Both the position numbers and the translations under genes were made by a program. A DNA stretch of 63,804 nt, the filler included, from Octopus bimaculoides (Eukaryota), in NCBI RefSeq assembly GCF_001194135.2. It is 5 parts of 4 records of this genome, joined end to end, with 100 filler letters (N's around TTAATTAATTAA, not from the genome) between each part and the next. Parts side by side here need not be neighbours in the genome. Positions count along the whole stretch, not along the records: positions 11,427 to 32,296 come from NC_068982.1; 4 more parts are not named here. One strand, given 5' to 3'. This document shows, one piece after another, positions 12,434 to 25,039 of the stretch. The notes under the pieces were generated by a model. The model was given only the letters and a program-made list of their open reading frames with translations. It did no database searches and had not been told where the DNA came from. Each line of letters begins with the position of its first letter. Position 1 is the stretch's first letter.

Positions 12434-13026
12434 NNNNNNNNNNNNNNNNNNNNNNNNNNNNNNNNNNNNNNNNNNNNNNNNNNNNNNNNNNNNNNNNNNN
12501 NNNNNNNNNNNNNNNNNNNNNNNNNNNNNNNNNNNNNNNNNNNNNNNNNNNNNNNNNNNNNNNNNNNNNNNNNNNNNNNNNNNNNNNNNNNNNNNNNNNN
12601 NNNNNNNNNNNNNNNNNNNNNNNNNNNNNNNNNNNNNNNNNNNNNNNNNNNNNNNNNNNNNNNNNNNNNNNNNNNNNNNNNNNNNNNNNNNNNNNNNNNN
12701 NNNNNNNNNNNNNNNNNNNNNNNNNNNNNNNNNNNNNNNNNNNNNNNNNNNNNNNNNNNNNNNNNNNNNNNNNNNNNNNNNNNNNNNNNNNNNNNNNNNN
12801 NNNNNNNNNNNNNNNNNNNNNNNNNNNNGTGTATAATAAAATTCTGACTAACTCAATAATAACAAAATTATTGGCTCACTTCGCAGGCAAGTTGTTATTT
12901 TTTAATCTTTTAAGTTTAATATTTTGAAAGAAGTATAGTAAACTATCATAGCATACACCTTTGTAATATTCATACTTGTGAATACCAAAATCATAAATAA
13001 CATTTTTTCCCCAATGCGCTCAAGTA

Positions 13027-13232
13027 TTGATTCCAAATTTTGACGCAAAGTCAGCAAAATTCAGGGTACGGGGTAATTCGATTACATCGAGCCCAGTGTT
13101 CAACTGTCACTTATTTTATCATCACCTAAAGGATAAAAGGCAAAATCAACCTAGGCGGAATTTGAACTCGGATCATAAAGACGGACAAGATGTAGCTGAG
13201 CATTTTGCCCAGTGTGCTAACGATTCAGCCTT
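13027..13232 (-). mobile_element. SINE family B (B2)
   Basis: Reverse of head and tail; ggcggaatttgaactc and cgattacatcgagcccagt. Confidence 0.75.
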
Positions 13233-13522
13233 CGTAGGTTTAATTATTAAAGGGGATTTTCTATAGTGTTAAGTTATATTTAAAAAAATCCGTTGTGCAG
13301 CTAAACATAACTTCTAGTGCAAAGTTTAAGGACTCCTACCTTAAAAAGAAAAGAGGTTAAGGTTTCTCCCTGAAAGACCCTTGGTGTAGTTGGAAACTCT
13401 TTAGTTGGGCCGTCTTTGCTTTGCATAAAGTTTGGTAAGTTTTCATACATGATGGTGATGGCAATCTCATCAGTGGTACCTCAGTTCAACGGGATATGTA
13501 ATATGGCCCTTTTGTTGACATA

Positions 13523-13802
13523 AGCGCAGGCGTGGTTGTATAATTGGGGAGCTCGCTTTCCAGCCATATGGTCTTGATTTCAGTCCCAATGTGTATATGT
13601 GTTTGTGTTTGTGTTTGTCTCCTTGTACACTGCGTGAAAACTGATGTCGGTTCATTTACGTCCCGGTAACTTTGCGGTTCGCAAAAGAGACCGATTGCAA
13701 AAGTATCATTTAAGAAACAAGAACTGAGTCGATTTGTTCAACTAAAACCTGTAGGGCGGTGTTCCAGCTTGGCCACAGTCGACTGAAGAATTAAAAGATA
13801 AA
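13523..13802 (+). mobile_element. SINE family A, diverged
   Basis: Head gcgtggttgtat...ttcagtcccaatg; tail gcaaaagagaccgat...ccagcttggccacag. Confidence 0.75.
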
Positions 13803-14075
13803 ACATTGTCGAATGCCTTGGAGAAGTCTACAAATGAAATTCATGCCTTTTGCTTGAAGATTCTGCGCTATTCTGTGATTCTTCTAAGAATGAGAAGCTG
13901 CAGATGTATCGATCTACCTTTGAGAAGAAAGACCGCTCAACTGCATCGATGTTTTTGGCAGACACTAATAACATAAAATTGCGGCTCGACCAACCTCAAA
14001 TAGGGACAGAAATATTTGGCGCAATATAGTGAAACGCATCATGGTGCGGCCGCTTGAAGAAAACATTTTCGACAG
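13801..14075. pseudogene. RTE-like LINE remnant: RT fragment on - strand joined to C-terminal fragment on + strand
   Basis: Minus: KGRSIHLQLLILRRITE*..ISFVDFSKAFDNV; plus: RDRNIWRNIVKRIMVRP. Confidence 0.7.
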
Positions 14076-14364
14076 AAGTTATCTCTGACTACCATCTATA
14101 GAAAGCGGTGAGGCATGAAATTATAGTTAGTATTATAGGAAAATAATCATTTCATAAATGTTAGTTTAAAAAATTATTTTCATCAGGAGCGCACAAATTT
14201 GTAAATAAAGGCCAGCCACAAGACCCTTGTAAATAAATTCTAATTATATTATACTAGGAGATAATAGTGTTTTCAAGTTTTGGCACAAGGACAGCAATTT
14301 TGAGGGTTGTGGGAAGTCGAATACATCGACTCCAGTACTCAACTGGTAGTTAAACTCTCGGCTC

Positions 14365-15170
14365 AATAATAATACGAACGAGGAGTTTAATGCGTGTCTT
14401 GTATAAACATGTACATATTAAATAAAATGAGACAACAAAGCAAAGGCTGTGTGGAATTTTCAGGACATTTGTAATGAAAAAGTTACTCTTACAACAGTTT
14501 CTGAGATATTACGGATACCCCTTCATCAGAGACGATATGAGATGGTTAAACAGAGGGAAATACTAGAGTTCAATATAAGGAGTTATTTTGGAAAAGGATG
14601 GAAATAAGAAGTATAAAGGGAAATAAAAATAAAAATAAAAATAAAAATAAAAATAAATGTAGGATTTTATAGTTGCAGTTCCATTATCCAAGGAAAGTGG
14701 TGTGTAGAAGTGGTAGAAATGCTTCTTGTGCATAATATGTAAATTCCGATAGGAGTCATATTTTGTCATTACAAATGGAAAGTGTGAAGACATAGATTCC
14801 ATGTGCTGTTCATTCAAAGGGGTCTTGTAGTGTGAGTGAAATTTTGAGAATGTAATGGTAGTATTAAGTAGAGAGAGAGGAGAGAAAAGATGTGTAGGTT
14901 AAAATGAGGAGAATGATCAAAGGGAATAGGTGAGGAAAGGAGAAAGAAAGAAAGAAAGAAAGACAAAGAGAGAATGAAAAAAGAAGTGTTAGTTGGTGGT
15001 CAAGATGAGAGAGGGGTGAGAGAGGAGTAGGGGAAGGACAGGAAAAGATAAGAATGTAAGGAATGAATATGTGTGAGGAGTGGGGTGGGTGATATGCTTG
15101 AAAGGCACTAAGGTAGATGGATTGGTACAGAAAATGGTACAGGGTGGGGTTACTAAAGTGAGAAGTAAAC
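14365..15170 (-). mobile_element. Penelope-like 3' terminal region with hammerhead motif
   Basis: Decayed GIY-YIG-end-like frame TPLNEQH..FPF..KKHF; pyrimidine-rich UTR; CTGATGAAGGG...GAAACTGTTGTA at ~14495-14535. Confidence 0.55.
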
Positions 15171-15198
15171 CTCGAAAAGGAAGGGAAAGAATAAGATA

Positions 15199-15231
<33 letters not shown>

Positions 15232-15377
15232 NNNNNNNNNNNNNNNNNNNNNNNNNNNNNNNNNNNNNNNNNNNNNNNNNNNNNNNNNNNNNNNNNNNNN
15301 NNNNNNNNNNNNNNNNNNNNNNNNNNNNNNNNNNNNNNNNNNNNNNNNNNNNNNNNNNNNNNNNNNNNNNNNNNNNN

Positions 15378-16827
15378 CATCAGGGTGAGTAAAAAGTAAG
15401 CAACGTTTTGAAACGTGAAATTCATCACGATAAATTTCAACAATGCGGAAATTTTATTCTTCATAGTAAGTACCATTACAATCAACACATTTTTGCCAAC
15501 GAGTTACAAGTTTGTTTATTCCGGTAACGTAAAAATATGGCGTTCTGGAGCTGATGAAATCTTTGAAAGCACTTTCAGCATCAGTTTGATTTTTGAACTC
15601 CTTCTCTTGCAGGAAATCATCAAGGTGCTTAAAAAAGTGGTAGTCGGTAGCAGAAAGGTCTGGGGAATATTCTGGGTGGGGGAGAATTTCGTATTTAAGT
15701 TCCCTCAACCTCTGGAACGTCATTTGTGAAAAGTGTGGTCGAAGAATGAAGAATGAAGAATGAAGAATGATTGCCCCTCTTCCGTTGACCAGTCTGGGAC
15801 GGAGAGATAGCAGTTTTTCGTTCATTTTGCCAATTTCATGGCAATATGTTTCTGCAGTGATGGTTTTTTTCCGGATTTTAAGGAGTTATAATGATGTGTC
15901 CTGCACTACACCACCAAACAGTCATCATAACCTTCTTTTTGAAGAGCTCGGGTTTAGAGAAGGACCCGATGTGCTTAATTTTCGTCCAGCTACTGCGAAG
16001 AGCGTTTTTTAATTATTGTACAGGATCCACTTTTTATCGCATGTTATAAAACGATCGGGAAATGGATCGGTCTGGTTACAGAGAAGCAACTAGCAAATTT
16101 CATGTCTGTGCATTTTCTGATTTTCATTCAAATCGTGTGGCACCTATTTGTTGAGCTTTTATTTATTTTCCGATCTCATGCAAATGATTGCAGGCAGTTC
16201 TTTTTTGGCTAACTTGAAGTTCTTTTGCCAGTTCTCGAGTGGTTTTACGTGGATCTAAAATGAGGAGAACGATCAAAAGGAATAGGTGAGGAAAGGAGAA
16301 ACAAAGAAAAAGGAAGAGAGAATGAAAAAAGAAGTGTTAGTTGGTGGTCAAGATACTATGAGGAGGTGAGAGAGGAATGGGGGAAGGACAGGAAGAAATA
16401 AGATAACGTGGACGGTTTTTAATCGACAGTCATCGATGACAGATGGGCGTCCACTATGCTCATGATTTACAAGGCTCATGTCCTCACTGCGAAATCGTTT
16501 AAACCCTTTTCGAGCTGACCAGTCACTGGTCATTTCCTCAGTAAACGTTTCGTTGATATCGCGAGCAGTTTCAGCTGCTTTATGTCCTTTTTTTGAAGTT
16601 GAATAGAAAAATTGCTCGAATATCGCGCTTTGATAGTTCCATTACAGATGATTGCAGCAACGGTGAAAAAAATATCAATGTTAATTTATTGATGCATTTG
16701 GGCAAATCTATGTCTGTATTATCAGACAATTTTTTTTTAAATGTTTAAAAAAATTCAAAACTCTGCAAAAATCCGGTACAAATTTTTCATAGTTCAAAAC
16801 GTTGCTTACTTTTTACTCAGCCTGACA
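15378..16827 (-). mobile_element. Mariner transposon (Hsmar1/cecropia-like, DD34D), inactive, both TIRs present
   Basis: TIR cagg(g/c)tgagtaaaaagtaagcaacgttttgaa at both ends. Transposase: MELSKRDIRAIFLF..GHKAAETARDIN..SGRPS; DPRKTTRELAKEL; TCDKKWILY; HPEYSPDLSATDYHFFKHLD..RWQKCVDCNG; contains frameshifts and stops. Confidence 0.93.
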
Positions 16828-16868
16828 TATGTGTGTGTGTGTGTGTGTGTGCAAGTATGTATGTGTAA

Positions 16869-16933
<65 letters not shown>

Positions 16934-17292
16934 AACAAACACTAGATGAAAATGAAGCCTTCTGTGCTGCCTTGACGAGCCACTGTTTTATAATATACAT
17001 GATCAGCATAGTATGCTTATCAATATATTTGTTTATACCATGTTTCTATATAATGAGGAAAATTTGTAATTGATAGAAAAGGAGCAAAATTATTTTAATT
17101 ACTGGCATTCAATGTAAGTTTTTGCTTCGATGTAATCAATTAAATTAGCTTAATTTAGCTATATCGTCCATTATCTCGAGAATAAAACAGAAGCTTGTCT
17201 AACATTTATAGACGCGCGCACACAAACGTTTATAAACAAACACACACAAACCACAAACACGCATATAAATATGTACATGTGTGTGTCTATAT

Positions 17293-17365
<73 letters not shown>

Positions 17366-17380
17366 NNNNNNNNNNTATAT

Positions 17381-17443
<63 letters not shown>

Positions 17444-17696
17444 CACACACATATATATATATATATGTGCTTGTCTGTATATTATATATACATACATATT
17501 TTTACATGTATCTACATATAATCATACATATATGTACTTATTTATATATATCTAAACATATGCATACATACATGTTTCTATTTGTATACCTATGTATGTA
17601 TTTAAACATGTATAAACGTACATATATGTATGCATGTAACCATGTACGTATATATATATATATATATATATATACAAACATACATACACATACGCT

Positions 17697-17759
<63 letters not shown>

Positions 17760-17848
17760 ATATATATACATACATACACATATGCACATATATAGAATAT
17801 ATTTATATACATACAAACATGCATACAGACATACATACATATACGCAT

Positions 17849-17896
<48 letters not shown>

Positions 17897-19574
17897 ATAT
17901 AACTTTATGAACCATGTATGCGATGAACGCATATTTGATTTTCCTATCGCAGAATATCAGAGAACCTTCCTTCGCAAACACCTCCTGCTTGCTATCCACT
18001 AAATTATTTATTATACTTCTACCACTATCCATTATCTATATTGCTATTACGTAAACGAAAATACTTCCATGCATTTTTCTACTGCAATAAAGAATTATAC
18101 ATCCGCCACAGAGTTATTAATCTTCGGTGAGATTCTTCACCATTTTGTATTAAAACGATTGATCGGTTTCTATCTCTAATGATACATTGAACATTATTCC
18201 TATACGTAACAATATCCTTTGATATTATTAAAATAAAAAGAAAAAAATTGAGTTTACAGTGGTAAACTTTTACTTCAAAATTTCGTTACAGTGTGTTGGC
18301 AATTATTAGTGTTTCGTTTTCATTTCATCCTATATGCCAGTTTTGTTTTTGTGAGCGTTTTGATTTTTTTTGGGGTGGGGGGGTATTTTTTTTATATCTT
18401 TATTGGAAGGCCTTAAACTGCAAGCTAAGCTCATGACGATTCGAGTGCATGATTTCATATAGAAATCGCTTTCATGTTCGATTCCTTAGCCCAGAATATA
18501 TAAATTTCTTTCTTCAAAAATTCTTGTGTGTTGTGCCATAAAATAGAGAAGCGTGTCGATATATTGTTGTTGTTACTTTTGTAATTTTTTGTTATTGTTT
18601 TCGGTGTCCTTTTCTTCTTTCTTATTTATTTTATTTATTTCTCGCTGTTGTTTATCTAACAGGTAAACTCTGGTCGAGTATACCTATAATCAAAGAGAAT
18701 TAGTCCGTGGTCATCAAGTGTTTTGTACATGAAAGACCATATTATCCAATAGGCAGAACGGTACAGCCCACTGTTTCCCAACCAATTTTCCTCCAAGTCC
18801 CACTATAAATGCATAACTTATACGTTCGAATATTCCCACGGGAAAAAAAATCTCTGATGAACTACGATAGCAATCTATTGGACACAATGATCCGCAAACT
18901 CTTAGAACTACACTCTGAACAACTTTATCAATTGAAATTTAAGCTAAAAATCTGTCACGTTTTGCCTACCATGCAAGGACGCTTTTTTTAGACTGAGACT
19001 GGACACAAAATTTCGAGATGACTGGTCTTACTCAAATTAGCTTCAATCAATAGTTACCACCAATGCCTTTTCATACTTCATCAATATTCCTAACTTTCCT
19101 AACCCTAGAAATGAATGTGTTGATAGGATTGCGAGAAAAAATTCATTGCTCTGAAAATTCCTTGTTTAACACACTTCTCTTTATCTCAGTCATTATCAGG
19201 CATTAATAGTTTGTATGAAGTATAAATTATTCTAAATGGATATCGGCTATTAAAAATTTCAGGTAATACCCGTCTAAATTTTCATCAGAATTGGCCTAAT
19301 TTTATTATCATCTTTTTATTTTGGAATATGTTTTACAAAATTAGCGTATGCAAATGAACATTATGAACATTATTTGTGTGATGATATCAGTCGTTTAGCG
19401 TGGAACAGATAAAATCCTTTAAATGAAACCGTATGTTGTGTTTCATAGGAAAACAGAAGCCATTTGTTATTAATTGAAACATTTATGGACGGGTGGAATA
19501 AATGACAGGCTGAAAAACTAGGATTCAACCATTTAATTTCAAATAATATTGATTTATGAAATGTGTACAAGGTC

Positions 19575-21120
19575 ACAGATTTTCCGGGAGAAGTATAGTC
19601 ATTATATCGACTCCAGTACTTGATTTATTTCATCGACTCCAGTAGAATTTCAAGTCAGAACATAAAGAACCTTCATGAAACACCGCAATAATATCTNNNN
19701 NNNNNNNNNNNNNNNNNNNNNNNNNNNNNNNNNNNNNNNNNNNNNNNNNNNNNNNNAAGCTATCGGTTTTACCAACCATCGTTCTGGTTTTGCAGTAATA
19801 TTGAGTCTAACATAGGCAGAAGGGCAGGAATTTTGAGAAAAGGGTAACCAGTACTTGACTGGTACTTTATTTTTTCGACAAGGAAGCATAAACGACGAAA
19901 TCTACGCTGGAGATTTTGAACTCAGGACGTAAAGGTTCGTAATTATAGATATTATAGCTAGGAATGTTGTCAGACGCTCAAACGATTCTGCCAATTTACC
20001 ACTCAAATATTTTTTATGCAATAATATTGGTTTCAAATTTTGGCACAAGGCCATTAAGTTCAGAGGAAGGAGCCAAGTCGATTAAATCGACTTCAGTGCT
20101 GAACTGGTATTTGTTTTATCAACCCAGAAAGGGATGGAAAGCAAAGTCAACTTTGGCAGAATTTGAACTCAGAAAGTAGAAACGGACAAAATACTGCTAA
20201 GCAGCTTGCCCGGTGTGCTAACGATTCTGCCAGCTCACCGCATATTTTTTATGTAATAATATTGATTTCAAATTTCGGCACCAGACCAGTAATTTCGTAG
20301 GGAGGGGTTAAGTCGATTACATCGGCTCCAGTGCGCAATTAGTACTTATTTTATCGAACTCGAAACGATGAAAAGCAAAGTCAAACTCGGGGGAATTTGA
20401 ACTCAGAAAGCAGAGACGAACGAAATACTTCTCAGAAGTTTGCTCAGCATGCTAACGATTCTGCCAGCTCGCCACCTTTTTTGTGTAATAATACATATAT
20501 GTTCTCTTTATATTGCGAGGAAAATTAGAAACATGTCTATGGTTATAACCGAAAATGCGAAACTTGTATAGCTCGATTGTCCCTTATAGAAAATCTAGTA
20601 ACTCAATATAATTCATATATAGATTATATATATACATTTATTGGTTTACATGTGTTTGTATGTTCATGCGCACGACAGCCTATCAGCATACGTTGGTATT
20701 TAATATACCTAAATCGATTAAGGAGTTGTCAACAATCGCTACAACGAAACACTTCAATCATAAAAGCTGCCAAGCACAGAGATGTAAATTTATTGACGTT
20801 GCACCGCTCTTTAGAACAATAACTATATACCGCATTTTCCTTTAGCCCGCTTTATTAAAAATATTATATATAACAGATTACACGTTATTGAGAGAAATAA
20901 TAACTCTCTAATTTTGACACAAGGCCAGTAATCTTGAAAGCAGGGGAAGTCAAATTCATCGACCCCAGTGCTCAACTGGTACTTTACTGTATCGATCTCG
21001 AAAGGATAAAAGCTAATCGACCTCAGCATCATTTGAACTCAAAACGTAAAGAGGCAGAAGAAATGCCAGTAAGCATTTTGCCCGTTGGGTTGACGATTCT
21101 TCCAGCTCTCTGCATTAGTA
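19575..21120 (-). mobile_element. Cluster of about five co-oriented family B2 SINEs
   Basis: Repeated units ttttggcacaagg...gtcgattacatcgac...aatttgaactcagaa...gctaacgattctgccagctc. Confidence 0.85.
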
Positions 21121-21184
21121 AGTGAAATAATAATACAGAGAATTTTTTAAATAGTTGTGGATTTAAAGGAACTATACTGTCAGT

Positions 21185-21560
21185 GTGGAGGCGCAATAGC
21201 CCAGTGGTTAGGACAGCGGACTCGCGGTCATAGGATCGCGGTTTCGATTCCCAGACCAGGCGTTGTGAGTGTTTATTGAGCGAAAACACCTAAAGCTCCA
21301 CGAGGCTCCGGCAGGCGATGGTGGCGAACCCTGCTGTACTCTTCCACCACAACTTTCTCTTACTCTTACATCCTGTTTCTGTTGTGCCTGTAATTCAAAG
21401 GGTCAGCCTTGTCACGCTGAATATCCCCGAGAACTACGTTAAGGATACACGTGTGTGTGGAGTGCTCAGCTACTTGCACGTTAATTTCACGAGCAGGCTG
21501 TTCCGTTGATCGGATCAACTGGAACCCTCGACGTCGTAAGTGACGGAGTGCCAACAACAA
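21185..21560 (+). mobile_element. Full-length SINE family C (OR1-like) with TSD
   Basis: tRNA head, tail ...gacggagtgccaacaacaa; actgtcagtgt at 21176-21186 and 21560-21570. Confidence 0.9.
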
Positions 21561-21891
21561 CTGTCAGTGTATCAGTGACCAATTGAATGAGTAGGGAGGT
21601 GACGATAATAAAAAATCAAAAGCACTTAGCTTCCATATCTTGTCTCTAATCCGTAATATTGGATAAATTATAGAAATTTGGAAGCATATTCTATTCTTTT
21701 TTTTAATATGAATTTGCCCATCCCCATTTTCTAAAACACAAAATCTATCCTCATAACCCACTTGTACTAATGGATAATAGAAATAACTTATTAAGTCGGT
21801 CAATAGACTTTAATTATAATACGTGTGTGTCAGAATGTGTGTCAGAATGTGTGTGTGTGCGCGCGAGTGTGTTGGAGTGAGTTTGGTGAGG

Positions 21892-22003
21892 TACGAGGGG
21901 TCTGTGAAAAGTCGTGAGCCCCACAAACATACAAAACATGGTACAAGACTACTGATGGAGGTACAAGATTTCAAGGCTCAAAAGTTTTCATACACCCCTC
22001 GTA
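21892..22003. mobile_element. 112 bp mariner-type MITE
   Basis: TA-CGAGGGGTCTGTGAAAAGT...AAAGTTTTCATACACCCCTCG-TA inverted ends with TA TSD. Confidence 0.85.
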
Positions 22004-22055
22004 TATATATATATATGTGTGTGTGTGTGTATCTATGTCTGAGTATATGTGTATG

Positions 22056-22093
<38 letters not shown>

Positions 22094-22313
22094 TATGTCT
22101 GAGTATATGTGTATGTGTGTGCGTGTGGGTGTGTGTGGGTGTCTGTCTGTGTGTCTGTGTGTCTGTGTGTGTGTATGAATACATAGATATGTATGTCTAT
22201 AAGTACCAGACTTTATAAAATAAGCATGGGAATAGATTCGCTCTAATTAAAACGATTAGAACAAGTAAAAGATTAGATAGATAGATAGATAGATATATAG
22301 ATAGATAGATAGT

Positions 22314-22377
<64 letters not shown>

Positions 22378-22497
22378 AGAGGGGGTGCTGAAAAGTTTCA
22401 GGCTTTGGGCAAAAAGAGATGATTATTCTTCTCTCAGATTCACGCACTTATTGCAGCAATCCTTCAGTTTTTCTAAACCCTCTAAAAGAACTTAGAA
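22378..22497 (+). mobile_element. Mariner-type terminal fragment
   Basis: gagggggtgctgaaaagtttcaggcttt resembles CGAGGGG-type mariner TIR. Confidence 0.5.
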
Positions 22498-22810
22498 CTT
22501 ATAGACTATATCAAGGACGCTGTGTTTGCAAAGAATCCACATACACTTGATGAACTGTGTACGGATATCACTGATATTGTCCAAAATATCCCACGTGAAG
22601 TTTTGATTAATGTGTTCCAGAACAAACGTCGTCGTATTGATTTATGTCTACAACGTGGCGGCCAACAATTTCAACACCTTTTGTAACTAGTTTGACGTTG
22701 TAACTTTTAAATGAGCATTTTAATAAAAGTGGGTTTGTTCATAATATTGCACATTCTTTATAACTATTAATAAATACAATTGAGTCAACTTTTAAATTGA
22801 GCACCCTGTA
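22497..22810 (+). pseudogene. 3' end of Tc1/mariner-superfamily element (maT/DD37D-like C-terminus) with TIR
   Basis: YIKDAVFAKNPHTLDELCTDITDIVQNIPREVLINVFQNKRRRIDLCLQRGGQQFQHLL*; end ...ttttaaattgagcaccctg-TA. Confidence 0.8.
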
Positions 22811-23434
22811 TATATGTGGGTGGGGGTGTATCCCTCATGCATGTAAGCATCGTCAATATTTTCAGTTTTTATCTGGATAGAAATGCACTGAACGTTCATT
22901 ATTTTGCCCCTTACGGTGTCTCGTTGTAGTACACAAAAACTCATTAGAATGAATGTAAAATAATCTCAAGTAATTTATGATGAAGGTGTATGGATTTCAT
23001 ATAACAATTTCATAAATAGTAATGATGCACAAAGCAGCATCATCTGATTATTTCATTCACAAGACACTGTAATTATATCAGTGAGACACGAACTCACGGT
23101 CCGGAAATATAACATTATATCTACTCGATCTCCTCTGACGTAGTATATCTCATATATCACTGTGTTGTGACACACTCAGTGTGCGATATTCTTATTTTTG
23201 ATAAAGTATTAACCATATTAGATATCAGGATGACATGGGCAGCAAAGCAGTTATTCCATTATTGTTTCTTGAACGCATGTACACACGCGCGCGCGTGGCG
23301 CACGCGCGCACATACACACACATACGCACATACACTCACGCATGCATACATACACATGCACATATATACTGATGTGTTAGCGTCTTTATCTGTGTGTGCG
23401 CGCGCAGACATGTACATATGCATTTTTATACATG

Positions 23435-23495
<61 letters not shown>

Positions 23496-24744
23496 NNNNN
23501 NNNNNNNNNNNNNNNNNNNNNNNNNNNNNNNNNNNNNNNNNNNNNNNNNNNNNNNNNNNNNNNNNNNNNNNNNNNNNNNNNNNNNNNNNNNNNNNNNNNN
23601 NNNNNNNNNNNNNNNNNNNNNNNNNNNNNNNNNNNNNNNNNNNNNNNNNNNNNNNNNNNNNNNNNNNNNNNNNNNNNNNNNNNNNNNNNNNNNNNNNNNN
23701 NNNNNNNNNNNNNNNNNNNNNNNNNNNNNNNNNNNNNNNNNNNNNNNNNNNNNNNNNNNNNNNNNNNNNNNNNNNNNNNNNNNNNNNNNNNNNNNNNNNN
23801 NNNNNNNNNNNNNNNNNNNNNNNNNNNNNNNNNNNNNNNNNNNNNNNNNNNNNNNNNNNNNNNNNNNNNNNNNNNNNNNNNNNNNNNNNNNNNNNNNNNN
23901 NNNNNNNNNNNNNNNNNNNNNNNNNNNNNNNNNNNNNNNNNNNNNNNNNNNNNNNNNNNNNNNNNNNNNNNNNNNNNNNNNNNNNNNNNNNNNNNNNNNN
24001 NNNNNNNNNNNNNNNNNNNNNNNNNNNNNNNNNNNNNNNNNNNNNNNNNNNNNNNNNNNNNNNNNNNNNNNNNNNNNNNNNNNNNNNNNNNNNNNNNNNN
24101 NNNNNNNNNNNNNNNNNNNNNNNNNNNNNNNNNNNNNNNNNNNNNNNNNNNNNNNNNNNNNNNNNNNNNNNNNNNNNNNNNNNNNNNNNNNNNNNNNNNN
24201 NNNNNNNNNNNNNNNNNNNNNNNNNNNNNNNNNNNNNNNNNNNNNNNNNNNNNNNNNNNNNNNNNNNNNNNNNNNNNNNNNNNNNNNNNNNNNNNNNNNN
24301 NNNNNNNNNNNNNNNNNNNNNNNNNNNNNNNNNNNNNNNNNNNNNNNNNNNNNNNNNNNNNNNNNNNNNNNNNNNNNNNNNNNNNNNNNNNNNNNNNNNN
24401 TATATATATATATATATATATATACATATATATACATATATTTATATATACACACACATATGTATACACACACACACACACACACACACACCATCTTTCA
24501 CTTCGTGATATAGACCTCTGTTTTTCATCTTTTTTTCTTATTATCTCTATTGAAATAAGTTAAATGTGTGAGCTATCTGATTTCCAGAGAGGACAAAATG
24601 TTGAAGATCGGATGGCTTGAACTTCAGCCACTAAGACTACTGAAGTGTTTAGTGTTTCGAGAGGTATAGTCCCTATACTCATGCTGTTAGTACAAAATCA
24701 GGGTAAAGCTAGCTTTAGCAAGTATGATTCTGGACAGAAGGCAA

Positions 24745-25018
24745 AGCTCACAGAGTAAAGTAAAGCAGTTTTCTTCCTCGGGTCATACCGATTCATAAGG
24801 GCTGGTTCCCCGCTTTCATGGCGTATAAATTCTCCACCTGGACAGGACGCCGGTCCGTCGCAGGGATACTCATTTTTGTTAGCTGAGTGAACTGGAGCAA
24901 CGTGAAATTAAATGTTTTGCTCAAGAACATAACGCGTCACCTGCTTCAGGTATCGAAACCACAACTTTACGATCATGAGTCCAACACCCTAACCACTAAG
25001 CCACGCGACTCTACAAAG
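24745..25018 (-). mobile_element. SINE family H: tRNA head plus CORE-like domain plus distinct tail
   Basis: Minus: gtggcttagtggttagggtg...gtttcgatacc...ttcttgagcaaaacatttaatttcacgttgctccagttcactcagctaacaaaaatgagta then ccctgcgacggaccggcgtcctgtccagg. Confidence 0.8.
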
Positions 25019-25039
25019 TTCAGAGGGACTGAAAATTAG

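Noticed and set aside
19245-19297. CTGATGA...GAAA on the minus strand (hammerhead-like)
   Set aside because: Stem III cannot form and stem II is displaced; chance match or too decayed to call
23167-24563. Long ORFs in the ORF track (also 25953-27044, 37623-38680, 58671-59806 and others)
   Set aside because: They are open only because of N runs and dinucleotide repeats ([12 protein letters not shown])
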